DNA of 64,000 nt from an uncultured Gammaproteobacteria bacterium (GTDB lineage: Bacteria; Patescibacteriota; Microgenomatia; Daviesbacterales; UBA10151), in NCBI GenBank assembly GCA_964390595.1, contig CAYMIA010000003.1, positions 17,727 through 81,726 of the forward strand. The letters are read 5' to 3'. Shown piece after piece: positions 1-10,257 of this stretch (the first letter of the stretch is position 1; the number at the start of each line of letters is the position of its first letter). Under the pieces are notes generated by a model. It made no database searches. It had not been told where the DNA came from and saw only the letters and a list, made by a program, of their open reading frames with translations. The position numbers were made by a program, and so were the translations under genes.

Positions 1-1
1 T

Positions 2-1075
2 GAGCTAATTTTGAAAGAGGTCTTTCAAATAGATCAGCTAAAAACCCTTTTAATTGTTGGTTTTGCTATGGGTAATTGGATTGCAGGTACCTTTACTTTG
101 GCAAGCGCCAATTTGGTTTCCTGGAAAGGTTACAAGTTAACAACCATGACGCCAGGCTACTCGGCGCAACCAATTATGGATTCAATTAGATCACTCAAAG
201 ATAGCTTTGATCAGATCATCATTGCTGGACATACCCCTTTTTTGAAAGAATTAGTCGAAGCAATTGCTAACTCAGATATTGAAAGCGTCAGAAATAAAAT
301 TAAGCTTTTGGGAACAGGCCAAGCTGTGAGCGAAAACTGGCGCTCCTTTATAAATCAAACTTTGGGATCAAAAAAGGCCAATAATTTTATTAATCTGTAT
401 GGTTCCGCTGACGCTGCATTAATGGGATTTGAAACACCTGAGTCAATCAATATCCGCCAAATAGTTACCCAGGATTCAGTTAAAAACAAAGCACTTTTTA
501 ATGAAAACCGGGTGCCTTCTCTCTACAACTATGATCCCAGATTAACCTTTTTTGAAGAGGTAGCAGGGGAGTTGGTGATTACCAAAGACACTGGTTGCCC
601 ACTCATTAGGTATAACATTCAAGACACCGGTGGCGTGATTAGCAATCAAAAGATGAAAGAGCTACTCAGTCAAAATTTAGGACAGGGGAGCCTACCATTT
701 GTTTATCTTTTTGGACGGGATAAATTCATGGTCAAAATATATGGCGCTAATGTCTACTCCGAGCATGTTGAGCAAGCACTTGGACATAATCAGCTTCAGC
801 CACACATATCTGGCCGGTTTTTAATGGAAATGATCACAGATGATAATAACAACCCCAGGCTTGTTTGTAGGGTTGAGCTGAAAGAAGGAGTTAAAGAAAA
901 TAAAAAATTAGCTTCACTGATCCAACAGATCTTTATTGATGAGATTAGAAAAATAAACACTGAGTACAACTATGTCTTGGGTGAAATGGGGGATAAAGCC
1001 AGCCCACTTATTCTCCTACACAAACACTCCGATCCAAAATATTTCCCAAAAGACCAAATAAAAAAGACAGGATAA
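2..1075 (+). CDS. Phenylacetate-CoA ligase (PaaK)-like adenylate-forming enzyme, 5'-truncated by window edge
   Basis: Frame is open from the window start. Motifs YGSADAALMGFE, PLIRYNIQDTG and GRxxFMVKIYGANVY are typical of the PaaK/CapK family C-terminal half. Confidence 0.8.
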   Translation, partial: ELILKEVFQIDQLKTLLIVGFAMGNWIAGTFTLASANLVSWKGYKLTTMTPGYSAQPIMDSIRSLKDSFDQIIIAGHTPFLKELVEAIANSDIESVRNKIKLLGTGQAVSENWRSFINQTLGSKKANNFINLYGSADAALMGFETPESINIRQIVTQDSVKNKALFNENRVPSLYNYDPRLTFFEEVAGELVITKDTGCPLIRYNIQDTGGVISNQKMKELLSQNLGQGSLPFVYLFGRDKFMVKIYGANVYSEHVEQALGHNQLQPHISGRFLMEMITDDNNNPRLVCRVELKEGVKENKKLASLIQQIFIDEIRKINTEYNYVLGEMGDKASPLILLHKHSDPKYFPKDQIKKTG

Positions 1076-1076
1076 A

Positions 1077-2108
1077 ATGAAAATTAAAAAAGACCAAGTT
1101 AAAGAGGGAATATTAAAAGAACTTTACAAAATAAGGCATCCTTCTATTGAATTTGATGAACTTTCCTATCAAATGATGGTTAATAAAATTCAAAATCAAA
1201 CTGATCTGCCCTCAAAAAAAACCAATATTGATATTCCATCCAAGAAAGCTTTTTTTGATTTAACAACTTCTAGAAACAGACAGCTCATTACTATTGATGA
1301 GCAGAATATTTTAAGAAATACTGTGGTGGCTTTCTTTGGCCTAAGCGTCGGCAGCCACGCCGCCCTAACTTGGATGATGGAATCAAGGGCTGATGCAATC
1401 AAAATAATTGACCCCGATACTATCTCCGCATCAAATTTAAATAGACTCCGCTATGGTTGGGATGATTTGGGTAAATACAAAGTTGATACAGTTGCTGATC
1501 AAATATTAGCAATTAATCCCTTCGCGAAAATTTTTTCATCCACTAAAACTGATCCCGAATCGATCAAAAACTTTTTTAAAAAGGAACCAATCCCCGCAAT
1601 TATTGTTGATGAAATCGACGACTTCGAGAGCAAGGTTCTTCTTAGAAAATTAGCCAAAGAAGGTAAAATACCTTTAATATCGGCCGCTGATGTCGGTGAT
1701 AATATACATATTGATATAGAGCGCTATGATACCGATAGGGAAGTGCAACCATTCCTGGGCCGAGTTCCCAATGTTAATAAAATTACATTTTCTAAACTAA
1801 GCGATCTAGAGAAGAAGAAACTAATAATTAAATTAGTCGGATTTGAGGATAACTCCAGTCGGATGCTTGAGTCTTTGATGTCTATTGGTGGATCAATCGT
1901 AACCTGGCCACAGTTAGGTGCTACAGCTACAATTTCTGGCGGGGCAATAGCAACTATTATTAAAAAAATCAAACTAGGGGAGAGTGTCAAAAGTGGCAGA
2001 TATATTATATCCTTGGATAATATCTTTAACTCAGAGTCGGGTTCTAGCCAGAATAAAAAGAAAATCGATGAAAAAATTAATAAGATCCGGAGGATTCTAA
2101 AAATATGA
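1077..2108 (+). CDS. ThiF/E1-like adenylyltransferase (Rv1355c/MoeY-like)
   Basis: SRNRQLITIDEQ, VAFFGLSVGS nucleotide-binding loop, DPDTISASNLNR, IIVDEID, IDIERYD, WPQL. Confidence 0.85.
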   Translation: MKIKKDQVKEGILKELYKIRHPSIEFDELSYQMMVNKIQNQTDLPSKKTNIDIPSKKAFFDLTTSRNRQLITIDEQNILRNTVVAFFGLSVGSHAALTWMMESRADAIKIIDPDTISASNLNRLRYGWDDLGKYKVDTVADQILAINPFAKIFSSTKTDPESIKNFFKKEPIPAIIVDEIDDFESKVLLRKLAKEGKIPLISAADVGDNIHIDIERYDTDREVQPFLGRVPNVNKITFSKLSDLEKKKLIIKLVGFEDNSSRMLESLMSIGGSIVTWPQLGATATISGGAIATIIKKIKLGESVKSGRYIISLDNIFNSESGSSQNKKKIDEKINKIRRILKI

Positions 2109-3115
2109 TACCAAAGGAGCCCTATATTCTGTGGGAAACCAAAATCTCAGACAATTCCGCAAATCCGATGGTTGATTTAGTGAGATATGCGACCTTAGCT
2201 CCGAGTAGCCATAACACCCAACCTTGGAAGTTTTACTTAGGAGAGGATGAAATAAAAATTCTCCCAGATTCTACTCGGCGTCTGGAATATGCTGATCGTG
2301 CAGATAGGCAGCTATACATCAGCTTGGGGTGTGCCCTCACCAATTTGCTTATAGCCGCTTCTCGCCTTGGTTATAAGTATAATGTTAGCTATTTACCTGA
2401 AGATGAATTGGAAAACGTGGCCGTTAGCATCAAACTGACTAAGTCTAAAAAAACAAGTCCAGAGTTATTTCCTTTTTTAACCAAACGCGTAACCAACCGC
2501 AATAAATATTTAAAGCGCCCAATTGAGGAATCAATTGTTCAAGAAATTTTAGACGCCTCAAAAGATCCGTTAATAAAGATTTACCTTACGAGTGACCTCA
2601 GAATTAGGGCAGATATATCTCAACTCATCTATGAAGCAACAGTTTTTGCCTTCAATGATCAAATATTTAAGGATGAATTGTCAGTTTGGGTCCGCTCTGT
2701 CTTTACCAAATCGAACGATGGCATACCTTTATTTGGCTTTGGTATGCCAGAAATATTATCAGTTATAGCCCCCCTGATGATCAAAAAAATGCCCGCTAAA
2801 ATTCAAGCTAATCTAGATAAAAAGCTCGTCAGTTCCTCTCCCGCTCTCATGGTCATAACATCAAGGGTAAATAATCATGAAGCATGGATTAAAATTGGCC
2901 AAACTTTTGAACTAATTAACTTAATTTGTACCAAACATGGGATCTCAGTAGCTCCGCTTGCATCAATTATCGAACACCCAGATTCTAATCAAAAACTGAA
3001 GTCTATTATAGCAACAGATCAAAAACCTTTGTTTTTTGCCAGACTAGGCTATTCAACAAAAGTGCCTCATCATAGTCCAAGAAGAGATATTCAAGAAGTT
3101 ATAGTTAATGTATGA
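2105..3115 (+). CDS. Acg-family FMN-binding nitroreductase-like protein
   Basis: ATLAPSSHNTQPWKF, SLGCALTNL, RVTNR and C-terminal RLGY...SPRR; ATGA overlap with the ThiF gene. Confidence 0.85.
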   Translation: MIPKEPYILWETKISDNSANPMVDLVRYATLAPSSHNTQPWKFYLGEDEIKILPDSTRRLEYADRADRQLYISLGCALTNLLIAASRLGYKYNVSYLPEDELENVAVSIKLTKSKKTSPELFPFLTKRVTNRNKYLKRPIEESIVQEILDASKDPLIKIYLTSDLRIRADISQLIYEATVFAFNDQIFKDELSVWVRSVFTKSNDGIPLFGFGMPEILSVIAPLMIKKMPAKIQANLDKKLVSSSPALMVITSRVNNHEAWIKIGQTFELINLICTKHGISVAPLASIIEHPDSNQKLKSIIATDQKPLFFARLGYSTKVPHHSPRRDIQEVIVNV

Positions 3116-5339
3116 TAAAGGTATGGTCTCGTTTGAGCTTCTTGGAGTTATTGCATCAGCCATTGGAAATATCTTCCTAGGGTATTTTACCTATAATAAA
3201 AATCTAAAAAGCGAGACTAACAAATACTTCTTTTTCTTTACTTTTTCTCTAGCCGCCTATCTAGCTTTTAACTACTTCGCTCTTCACCAAACAGCAGATA
3301 TATGGACCTTTTTCTGGATTAAAATGACCATCACCATCGCTTTGATCATTAATCTAACGTTCTTGCTTTTTATGAATGCCTTTCCCAATCTAAACTTAAG
3401 TTTAAAACCTAAAGTATTTTGGATAGCATTAATCTCTACTGTCATTATGATCCCATTAGTCCAGCTGAATATAGTCTTTACTGGCATTCAACCCCACACT
3501 ACCCAGCCCATTCCAGGTCCGGGGATAGCGCTTTTTTTATTACATACATTCATTTTTCTTGGAGGTGGATTCTTCTTTCTGATAAAAAAATTTATCGGAT
3601 CATCAGGCGTTAAGAAAACTCAGATCAAGTTACTCTTTTTAGGGGCAGTATTTATGTTCCTTTCCATAGTGACAACAAATCTAATATTTGTTGTGCTACT
3701 GCATACCACTCAATTTGTCGGTCTGTTACCAATCTATGCTGTTGTGTTTGTCAGTTTTATCAGTTACGCGATAGTCAGACATCGATTCCTCGATATCGGC
3801 TTTGTTGTTGCCCGAACGGTTGCATACTCACTCTTAATCACCATAATGGGTTTGTTCTATGTAGTGATAACTTATTCTCTAAGCTCCTTTTTCTTTAAAT
3901 TTCAATCAACTCTAAATCAGTTAGTCATCTACGCCATGATCACACTTGTAGTAGCTCTTTCCTTTGATCGCGTCAGACAAGTCGTTGAAAGACTGACAGA
4001 TAAAATCTTTTTTAAAGGACATTATGATTCCAACCAGCTTCTGTCTACCCTAAGTAACATTATGAGTTCAACCATCGAACTAAAAACTTTAACCAATAAT
4101 ATTTTGGTGACTTTAATCTCTCAAATGCGGATCTCTAAAGGAATTATTGTTTTAATAGATCAAGGCCGAATCTATGATGTCGTTTGGGAGGGTTATCAGC
4201 ACCAACCAGTCTATTCATTTGCACAAACTATCCCATTTTTATATAAGGACGAAACTATCATCTTTGATGAACTGGATGAAGGACCTCTCAAGCAATTGCT
4301 TCGTGATATGGAATTCTCAGTCTCTAAAATTCTAAAAGTCAAAAATGAAGTGATTGGACTAGTGCTCCTAGGTGATAAATCCTCAGGAGATGCTTACTCA
4401 GAACAGGATATTAAAGTCATCAATATCTTTGCTCCAGAGGCTGCAGTGGCGATTCAAAATGCTCAGTCATATGACAAAATCAAAAAGTTTAATGTGACCT
4501 TAACTCAAGAGATTCAAAAAGCCACCTCCGAGCTTCAGGCAGCTAACACCAAACTTCAGGAGTTAGATAAACTCAAAGATGATTTTGTTTCCATCGCCTC
4601 TCATGAACTAAGAACCCCAATGACCGCTATCAGATCCTATGCTTGGATGGCCCTGAATAGGCCAGATGTTCCGCTCTCAGACCGGATTAAAAAGTATCTC
4701 TCCCGGACCTTAATCTCCACTGAGCGCCTCATTAATTTAGTTAATGATATGTTGAACATCTCCAGAATCGAATCTGGCCGTGTTGAAATATCTCCCAAGG
4801 CTTTTGATATGTCAACTTTAGTGAATGATTGTCTAATGGAAATTACTGCCAGAGCCAAAGAAAAAAACCTCCATTTAGAAATGGATACCACCTCTATTCC
4901 TCAAGTTTTTGCTGATCTAGATAAGGTTCATCAAGTGCTCTTGAATTTGCTTGGAAATGCCTTGAAATTTACTCCAACTGATGGAACTATCAAAGTTAAC
5001 TTCTTTACTGATGGGCAATTTTTAGAAACCACAGTGAAAGACTCAGGTGTTGGTATCTCCAAAGATGATCTATCCAGTCTGTTTAAAAAGTTTGGTCGAT
5101 TAGATAACTCCTATGTTGCTGCCGCTACCTCAGGAGGGACTGGTTTAGGGCTGTTTATCTGCAAAAGTTTGATTGAGTTGATGGGTGGAAAGATCTGGGC
5201 CAGCTCCGAAGGAGTGGGAAAGGGTACCTCATTCACATTCTCTCTACCCATCGCCACTAAGATTAATCTTTCCAAAGCCAGTCAATTTACTAATAAAGTC
5301 GAAGGGGAGGCTAAAATACTCGAGCCAGTTGCTATCTAA
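3108..5339 (+). CDS. Membrane sensor histidine kinase (7TM-type N-terminus, GAF-like, HisKA, HATPase_c)
   Basis: About 9 hydrophobic segments; H-box ASHELRTPM, N-box NLLGNALKFT, G1 DSGVG, G2 GTGLGL. Confidence 0.93.
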   Translation: MYDKGMVSFELLGVIASAIGNIFLGYFTYNKNLKSETNKYFFFFTFSLAAYLAFNYFALHQTADIWTFFWIKMTITIALIINLTFLLFMNAFPNLNLSLKPKVFWIALISTVIMIPLVQLNIVFTGIQPHTTQPIPGPGIALFLLHTFIFLGGGFFFLIKKFIGSSGVKKTQIKLLFLGAVFMFLSIVTTNLIFVVLLHTTQFVGLLPIYAVVFVSFISYAIVRHRFLDIGFVVARTVAYSLLITIMGLFYVVITYSLSSFFFKFQSTLNQLVIYAMITLVVALSFDRVRQVVERLTDKIFFKGHYDSNQLLSTLSNIMSSTIELKTLTNNILVTLISQMRISKGIIVLIDQGRIYDVVWEGYQHQPVYSFAQTIPFLYKDETIIFDELDEGPLKQLLRDMEFSVSKILKVKNEVIGLVLLGDKSSGDAYSEQDIKVINIFAPEAAVAIQNAQSYDKIKKFNVTLTQEIQKATSELQAANTKLQELDKLKDDFVSIASHELRTPMTAIRSYAWMALNRPDVPLSDRIKKYLSRTLISTERLINLVNDMLNISRIESGRVEISPKAFDMSTLVNDCLMEITARAKEKNLHLEMDTTSIPQVFADLDKVHQVLLNLLGNALKFTPTDGTIKVNFFTDGQFLETTVKDSGVGISKDDLSSLFKKFGRLDNSYVAAATSGGTGLGLFICKSLIELMGGKIWASSEGVGKGTSFTFSLPIATKINLSKASQFTNKVEGEAKILEPVAI

Positions 5340-5365
5340 TAGCCTTTATAGTATAACTTATAATT

Positions 5366-5797
5366 ATGGAACCAAATAACCCTGACCCTCTAAAGAAAGT
5401 TGCGCCTTTAGCTTCTCAAAACAGCTCGATTAGAATTTTAATAGTTGAGGACGATCAATTCTTAAGAGAGTTTTATCAAGAGCTACTAACAACCGAAGGA
5501 TTTAGCGTTGATTCGGCCTCGGATGGCGATATCGCTGTGACTAAAATCCATGATGGTGGTTACAATTTAATCATGCTCGATATCATGCTTCCCAAAAAAG
5601 ATGGTCTCCAAATTCTGCGCGAAAATAAGGTCAATCCACCAGCCAAACCCAATGGCAAAATAGTTGTCCTGACAAATTTGGGTCAGGACGCCATTATCAA
5701 ACAATGTTTTGATTTGGGTGCAGCCGGCTATATTATCAAATCTGCTCTCAACCCAGATCAAGTTTTAAATGAAATCCACAACTATTTAAAATCCTAA
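5366..5797 (+). CDS. Single-domain response regulator (receiver)
   Basis: ILIVEDD, LDIMLP (phospho-Asp), LTN, GAAGYIIKS. Confidence 0.93.
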   Translation: MEPNNPDPLKKVAPLASQNSSIRILIVEDDQFLREFYQELLTTEGFSVDSASDGDIAVTKIHDGGYNLIMLDIMLPKKDGLQILRENKVNPPAKPNGKIVVLTNLGQDAIIKQCFDLGAAGYIIKSALNPDQVLNEIHNYLKS

Positions 5798-5800
5798 ATT

Positions 5801-6580
5801 GTGAAGCTAAAAATCCTCTATAGTGATGACGCGATGCTGGTCATTGACAAGCCAGCCGGTCTAATCGTTGATCCTAATACTACCTCAACAGAGATTACTT
5901 TAGCTCAGATACTTCAAGAAGAGTACCAAATTCCCCTAGAAAGGGGAGGGGTAGTTCATAGACTAGATAAAGACACCTCGGGTATTTTGCTTGCCGCCAA
6001 AACTAGTCAAGCGCTTGAAGTTCTGCAAAGTCAGTTTAAGGAGAGGACCATCAAAAAAGTCTATACCGCTTTAGTTCATGGAATAATTGATGAGGAAGGG
6101 CGGATTGTGGAACAGATTGCCCGCAACCCCTCTGAGCGGGAAAAGTTTATGGTAGTTGATAAAAAAAGAGATCCTAATTTAGTAGGCAAGGAGGCAGTCA
6201 CCCGTTTTAAAAGAACGCAGAAGCTAGCACTAAGCGAAGAAACCTTAAACGACCTCTTTGAAGAGTTTAATAAAATTCAATTTAAAAAACTGCGCTCCAG
6301 CAAATACTCAGAGTTTAGCCTAATTTCTGCCTTTCCAGAAACTGGACGGACTCACCAAATTAGGGTACATTTAAAGTATATTGGATATCCGATTGTGGCG
6401 GATCAAAAATACACCGGCAGGCGAACCGTCAGGTTGGATCACCGCTGGTGTCCCAGACAATTTTTGCACGCCAGTAAAATTGAATTTGACCATCCAATAA
6501 AAAAGCAGCGGTTAAATTTCGAAAGTCCGTTGCCAGATGATTTGCAGTCAGCTTTAAATCTCCTGCAAAAAGTCGAGTAG
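5801..6580 (+). CDS. RluA/RluD-family pseudouridine synthase
   Basis: DKPAG, HRLDKDTSG (catalytic Asp), TGRTHQIRVH, QFLHA; GTG start. Confidence 0.93.
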   Translation: MKLKILYSDDAMLVIDKPAGLIVDPNTTSTEITLAQILQEEYQIPLERGGVVHRLDKDTSGILLAAKTSQALEVLQSQFKERTIKKVYTALVHGIIDEEGRIVEQIARNPSEREKFMVVDKKRDPNLVGKEAVTRFKRTQKLALSEETLNDLFEEFNKIQFKKLRSSKYSEFSLISAFPETGRTHQIRVHLKYIGYPIVADQKYTGRRTVRLDHRWCPRQFLHASKIEFDHPIKKQRLNFESPLPDDLQSALNLLQKVE

Positions 6581-6593
6581 ATCCTAGCCCAAA

Positions 6594-8249
6594 ATGCAGA
6601 ATATATTTATACAGTTAGCAATCATCCTCTCCCTGGCCTCTCTACTTGGATTTATTGTCCGCAAACTCAAACTACCCCTTTTGGTGGCTTATTTATTGGT
6701 TGGCATGGTGCTTTCTTCAGTCAGTTTGTTGGACTTAAAACATTCACCGGTCTTTATTTTACCTGAAATAGGAACCGCTTTTGTACTTTTCTTAATCGGC
6801 ATGGAGCTAGATCTACGTGAGGTTAGAGCACTGGGAAAGCCTATTCTAATAGTCGGTCTGCTTCAAATCTTAATCTCAGCCCTAGCCGGCTATAGCATCT
6901 CCTCCTTATTTGGTTTTCCTGGAATGCAAGCCTTCTACATAGGAGTTGGCTTATCTTTTTCCTCAACCATAGTGGTGATTAAGCTGTTACTAGAAAGAAA
7001 AGATCTTAATTCACTTTATGGCAAACTCTCCTTAGGCGTGCTGCTTCTAGAGGATCTCATCGCCGTCTTGGTTCTAATGTTTATTTCAGTTGGGTCGAGC
7101 GCTTTTAACCTAGGATTGCAAAGCAGTTTTCCTATCATCGCACTAATTCTAAAGGGCTTAAGTTTAATTATTGGTGGTTACCTCCTGTCGCGCTTTGTTC
7201 TGCCTAAAATATTCACTGTAATCGCCAAGTCCAGTGAACTGCTCTTTTTAACTGCCATAGCCTGGTGTTTTGTATTTACATCAATTGCCCTGTTGCTTGG
7301 ATTTTCCCTAGTCATTGGCGCGTTCCTGGCCGGAGTAGCGCTGGCCTCCTCTCCTTTTCACTACCACATCTCTGGCAAGATCCGCCCCTTAAGAGATTTT
7401 TTCTTAATACTTTTTTTTGTTTATTTAGGCGCTCAGTCCCAGTTACAAGCAGTTGCCGCGCATATCACTCTAATCGCCATTTTTGTGGCTTTCGCACTAA
7501 TTGTCAAACCACTGATCTATCTACTTTTATTTGGTGCTTTTGGGTTTAAAAGACATACTATCTTTCAAGCCTCATTGAATCTGTCGCAGATATCTGAGTT
7601 TTCTCTAATTATCTTACTTGTTGGGGTTCAGTTTGGTATAGTCGATCAAAGCGCGCTATCAATCATGGCGATGACCACCATAATTACCATTACTCTGTCA
7701 TCTATTTTGATATCTAGATCAAAGAAAATCTACCCAATTGTCAAACCGCTACTGAATTTCTTTGAAGTAAGTGGCAAATTCCATGATCAGGAGCAAAGAG
7801 AAGACCATGATCTTTCAGATCATGTCGTAGTTATTGGTGCCCACCGGATTGGTGGCCCGATAGTCGACTTTCTAAAAAAAGAAGAGATCCCTTTTATCGT
7901 CCTAGATTTTAATCCAGAGATAGTTAAAAAACTTCTCAAACAAAAAATTAAAGTTATTTATGGCGACTTAGGAGATGAAGACGTACTGGACACAATTAAA
8001 ACTCCAGTTGCCAAATTAGTTATCTCCACCTCATCTAATTTAGATGACAACAAAGCTCTAATCGCCTATCTTAAAAGAAAAAGGTCCGAATCCAAAGTTA
8101 TTGTTAGGGCCAGTGAACATGACGATGTCGATGACTTAAAAAAGCTTGGCGCCGATTATGTCATCTTTCCTGAAGATGTCTCGGCTGACTTTTTAGTTAC
8201 CCAGCTAAAAACTCATTGGCCTAGAATTTATATCAAAGAAAACCCCTGA
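6594..8249 (+). CDS. CPA2/Kef-type cation:proton antiporter with C-terminal TrkA-N (RCK) domain
   Basis: About 13 TM helices, LFLIGMEL, SSTIVV, GAFLAG, SQISEFS; C-terminal VVVIGAHRIG, YGD, LGADYV. Confidence 0.92.
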   Translation: MQNIFIQLAIILSLASLLGFIVRKLKLPLLVAYLLVGMVLSSVSLLDLKHSPVFILPEIGTAFVLFLIGMELDLREVRALGKPILIVGLLQILISALAGYSISSLFGFPGMQAFYIGVGLSFSSTIVVIKLLLERKDLNSLYGKLSLGVLLLEDLIAVLVLMFISVGSSAFNLGLQSSFPIIALILKGLSLIIGGYLLSRFVLPKIFTVIAKSSELLFLTAIAWCFVFTSIALLLGFSLVIGAFLAGVALASSPFHYHISGKIRPLRDFFLILFFVYLGAQSQLQAVAAHITLIAIFVAFALIVKPLIYLLLFGAFGFKRHTIFQASLNLSQISEFSLIILLVGVQFGIVDQSALSIMAMTTIITITLSSILISRSKKIYPIVKPLLNFFEVSGKFHDQEQREDHDLSDHVVVIGAHRIGGPIVDFLKKEEIPFIVLDFNPEIVKKLLKQKIKVIYGDLGDEDVLDTIKTPVAKLVISTSSNLDDNKALIAYLKRKRSESKVIVRASEHDDVDDLKKLGADYVIFPEDVSADFLVTQLKTHWPRIYIKENP

Positions 8250-8254
8250 GCCTG

Positions 8255-8283
8255 TTGACATTTTTCACAGCCAGCAGGATAAT
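8255..8283 (+). promoter_or_regulatory. Sigma70 promoter TTGACA-17bp-GATAAT, predicted TSS at or near the ATG at 8290
   Basis: Near-consensus -35 and -10 with a 17 nt spacer; ATG lies 6 nt after the -10. Confidence 0.7.
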
Positions 8284-8289
8284 AGAAAT

Positions 8290-8418
8290 ATGGCTGATGG
8301 ATCTTTCTTTAAAGGTGAGAAAAAGAAGCAAAAGAAAGGACAAGGCGCAAGACCCATCTCAATTGCGCCAGTATTTACTCCACCTTCGATCATCAAAAAA
8401 GGTAAAGATAAGTGGTAA
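8290..8418 (+). CDS. Small basic 42-aa protein MADGSFFKGEKKKQKKGQGARPISIAPVFTPPSIIKKGKDKW (not in the ORF track)
   Basis: Translated by hand; starts at the predicted +1 of a consensus promoter and fills the intergenic gap. Confidence 0.65.
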   Translation: MADGSFFKGEKKKQKKGQGARPISIAPVFTPPSIIKKGKDKW

Positions 8419-8473
8419 TCCTTTAAAGAGCAGAGCAGGATAGATTAGTCTTCAGACGGAATCTAAAAATTCC

Positions 8474-9520
8474 ATGCCCAGAAAAAACTCTGTCAAAAAA
8501 CCAAAAAAAGTTCTATCGCCCAAAGGCTCGTCTCCAACCAGACTGGCCTTGATCGCTCTATCTATTGTGATAGGGATTATCCTATTTGGAAAAATCATTG
8601 AATGGGTGACCAGTTTATATCAACCAATAACCAAAGATCTGCTTGTTAAAAAAACTGCCAGTTGGGATGGCCGCTCCAACATTAATATCGCCTTCAAAAC
8701 TGATACTATCTCAGTAATTTCATATAATCCCCAAAGTCAAAAAATGACTATTCTTAATCTCCCAAATAACCTCTATATGGAATTACCAAAGGGGTATGGT
8801 TCATGGAGTTTAGGTAGTGTCTACGACTTAGGCCAAAGTGAAAATCCGCCTGTGGGATCTGAGCTGCTCAAAGAATCATTAACTAAATTACTTGGCCTGC
8901 CAATGGACGCTTACATTACCTTAGATCAAAACTCTAAACCGGTTGACAAACTTTTGGGGGAGATCAAATCTAATCCGATCAGTACCATCTCGCTGGTCAG
9001 GCAGATTAAAACTGACTTAACTCCGCTTGAGGCAGTCAGAATTCTCAAAGCTTTTAGTTCAACACGGGCTGATAAACAAGAAGTCCTCGACTTTGCCAGC
9101 TCAGAGATCACAATTAGCAAACTCCTGCCAGATTCATCCCGTGTTTTAGGGATCAATACTGTGGCGCTAGACACATTTATCCGGGAAAAAATGGCTGACC
9201 CGAACTTTACAGGGGAGGGGATGGACATCGCTGTTTATAACGCCACCAGTCATTTTGGACTAGCTACCGAGCTCTCCCGTGCCATTACCAATATGGGTGG
9301 AAACGTTATTTTTACCTCAAATACCGAAAATTATCTGAAAACCTCGATCGTCACCTCAACTGATCCTCAAAAAGAGACTTCTAAAAGAATTACTCAGCTG
9401 TTCGCGCCTCAATGTTTGAAAAGCAAGTGCGCCAGCACCGATCCTAAAATCACCACCTCCCGTGCTCAAATCAACGTTATAGTGGGCGAAGACTACTTTG
9501 AAGCAGTTCACGCTCGCTAA
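8474..9520 (+). CDS. LytR-CpsA-Psr (LCP)-like protein with LytR_C domain
   Basis: Basic N-terminus plus one TM; ILNLPNNLY, LLGLPMDAY, IKTDLT; C-terminal IAVYNAT...GLA...INVIVGED. Confidence 0.75.
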   Translation: MPRKNSVKKPKKVLSPKGSSPTRLALIALSIVIGIILFGKIIEWVTSLYQPITKDLLVKKTASWDGRSNINIAFKTDTISVISYNPQSQKMTILNLPNNLYMELPKGYGSWSLGSVYDLGQSENPPVGSELLKESLTKLLGLPMDAYITLDQNSKPVDKLLGEIKSNPISTISLVRQIKTDLTPLEAVRILKAFSSTRADKQEVLDFASSEITISKLLPDSSRVLGINTVALDTFIREKMADPNFTGEGMDIAVYNATSHFGLATELSRAITNMGGNVIFTSNTENYLKTSIVTSTDPQKETSKRITQLFAPQCLKSKCASTDPKITTSRAQINVIVGEDYFEAVHAR

Positions 9521-9549
9521 ATTAAAAAGATCTTGCTACAATTGGTGCT

Positions 9550-10254
9550 ATGATCTGGTTGTTGGTATTAGTTATTATTTTTCTAATCTCGTTTTTTCTG
9601 GCTTGGGCCTCTCTGCGGGACTTTCACGAGTTTCCCAAAAGCAGCCACGATTACGCTTCCTTCTGGATTCAAAATCCGCCCGCCTTAACCCCTGAATTGA
9701 TTGATAAAATACATGCCCTCAGTTTAGAAAAGGAGTATATCGTTTCATTTGAAAAAATATGGAGGAAAGATAGTGAAGCTTTGGTAATTTATGCCCCCCG
9801 GGCCCTAATTAATCAAATCCCACAACTGTCTCCAATTGAAATAGAGGAGTATCCAGCCAAAATTAATATCAACCAGACTCAAACATTGGAGTTAAGCCCC
9901 AAATCAAATCAAAGTTTAGAACTAAACCTACCTCAGCACTTGAGCGGGTTTCTAAAACTAGTGGCTGATGAAGGTTTTTTATGGCAGGTCACTGCCAGAC
10001 CCCATCAAGATAGCCAACACAGCTTTCAAGTCACCATCCGGACCGGGGTAGCAGCCAAAGAACCAAAGCGCCGCGTTGACATGATCAAAATACTGACCGA
10101 CAAATTATCTGAATACACCAGCCTAACTAAACACCAGAAAAAGAAAAGTTCGCTTGCGGTCTATGAATTATATAAAAAAAGAGGTTTCAAGCCCAAAGAA
10201 GTGGGCAAGTTTTTAGTCCCGTCCAACCTATTTTTAAGGCTGGTTTCAGTCTAG
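9550..10254 (+). CDS. Hypothetical N-terminally membrane-anchored protein
   Basis: 234-aa ORF with an N-terminal TM; TACAAT lies 7 nt upstream. Confidence 0.7.
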   Translation: MIWLLVLVIIFLISFFLAWASLRDFHEFPKSSHDYASFWIQNPPALTPELIDKIHALSLEKEYIVSFEKIWRKDSEALVIYAPRALINQIPQLSPIEIEEYPAKININQTQTLELSPKSNQSLELNLPQHLSGFLKLVADEGFLWQVTARPHQDSQHSFQVTIRTGVAAKEPKRRVDMIKILTDKLSEYTSLTKHQKKKSSLAVYELYKKRGFKPKEVGKFLVPSNLFLRLVSV

Positions 10255-10257
10255 TTC

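Noticed and set aside
8255-8443. 62-aa ORF from the track (TTG start)
   Set aside because: Its start codon is the -35 box TTGACA; the overlapping frame 8290-8418 fits the promoter better.
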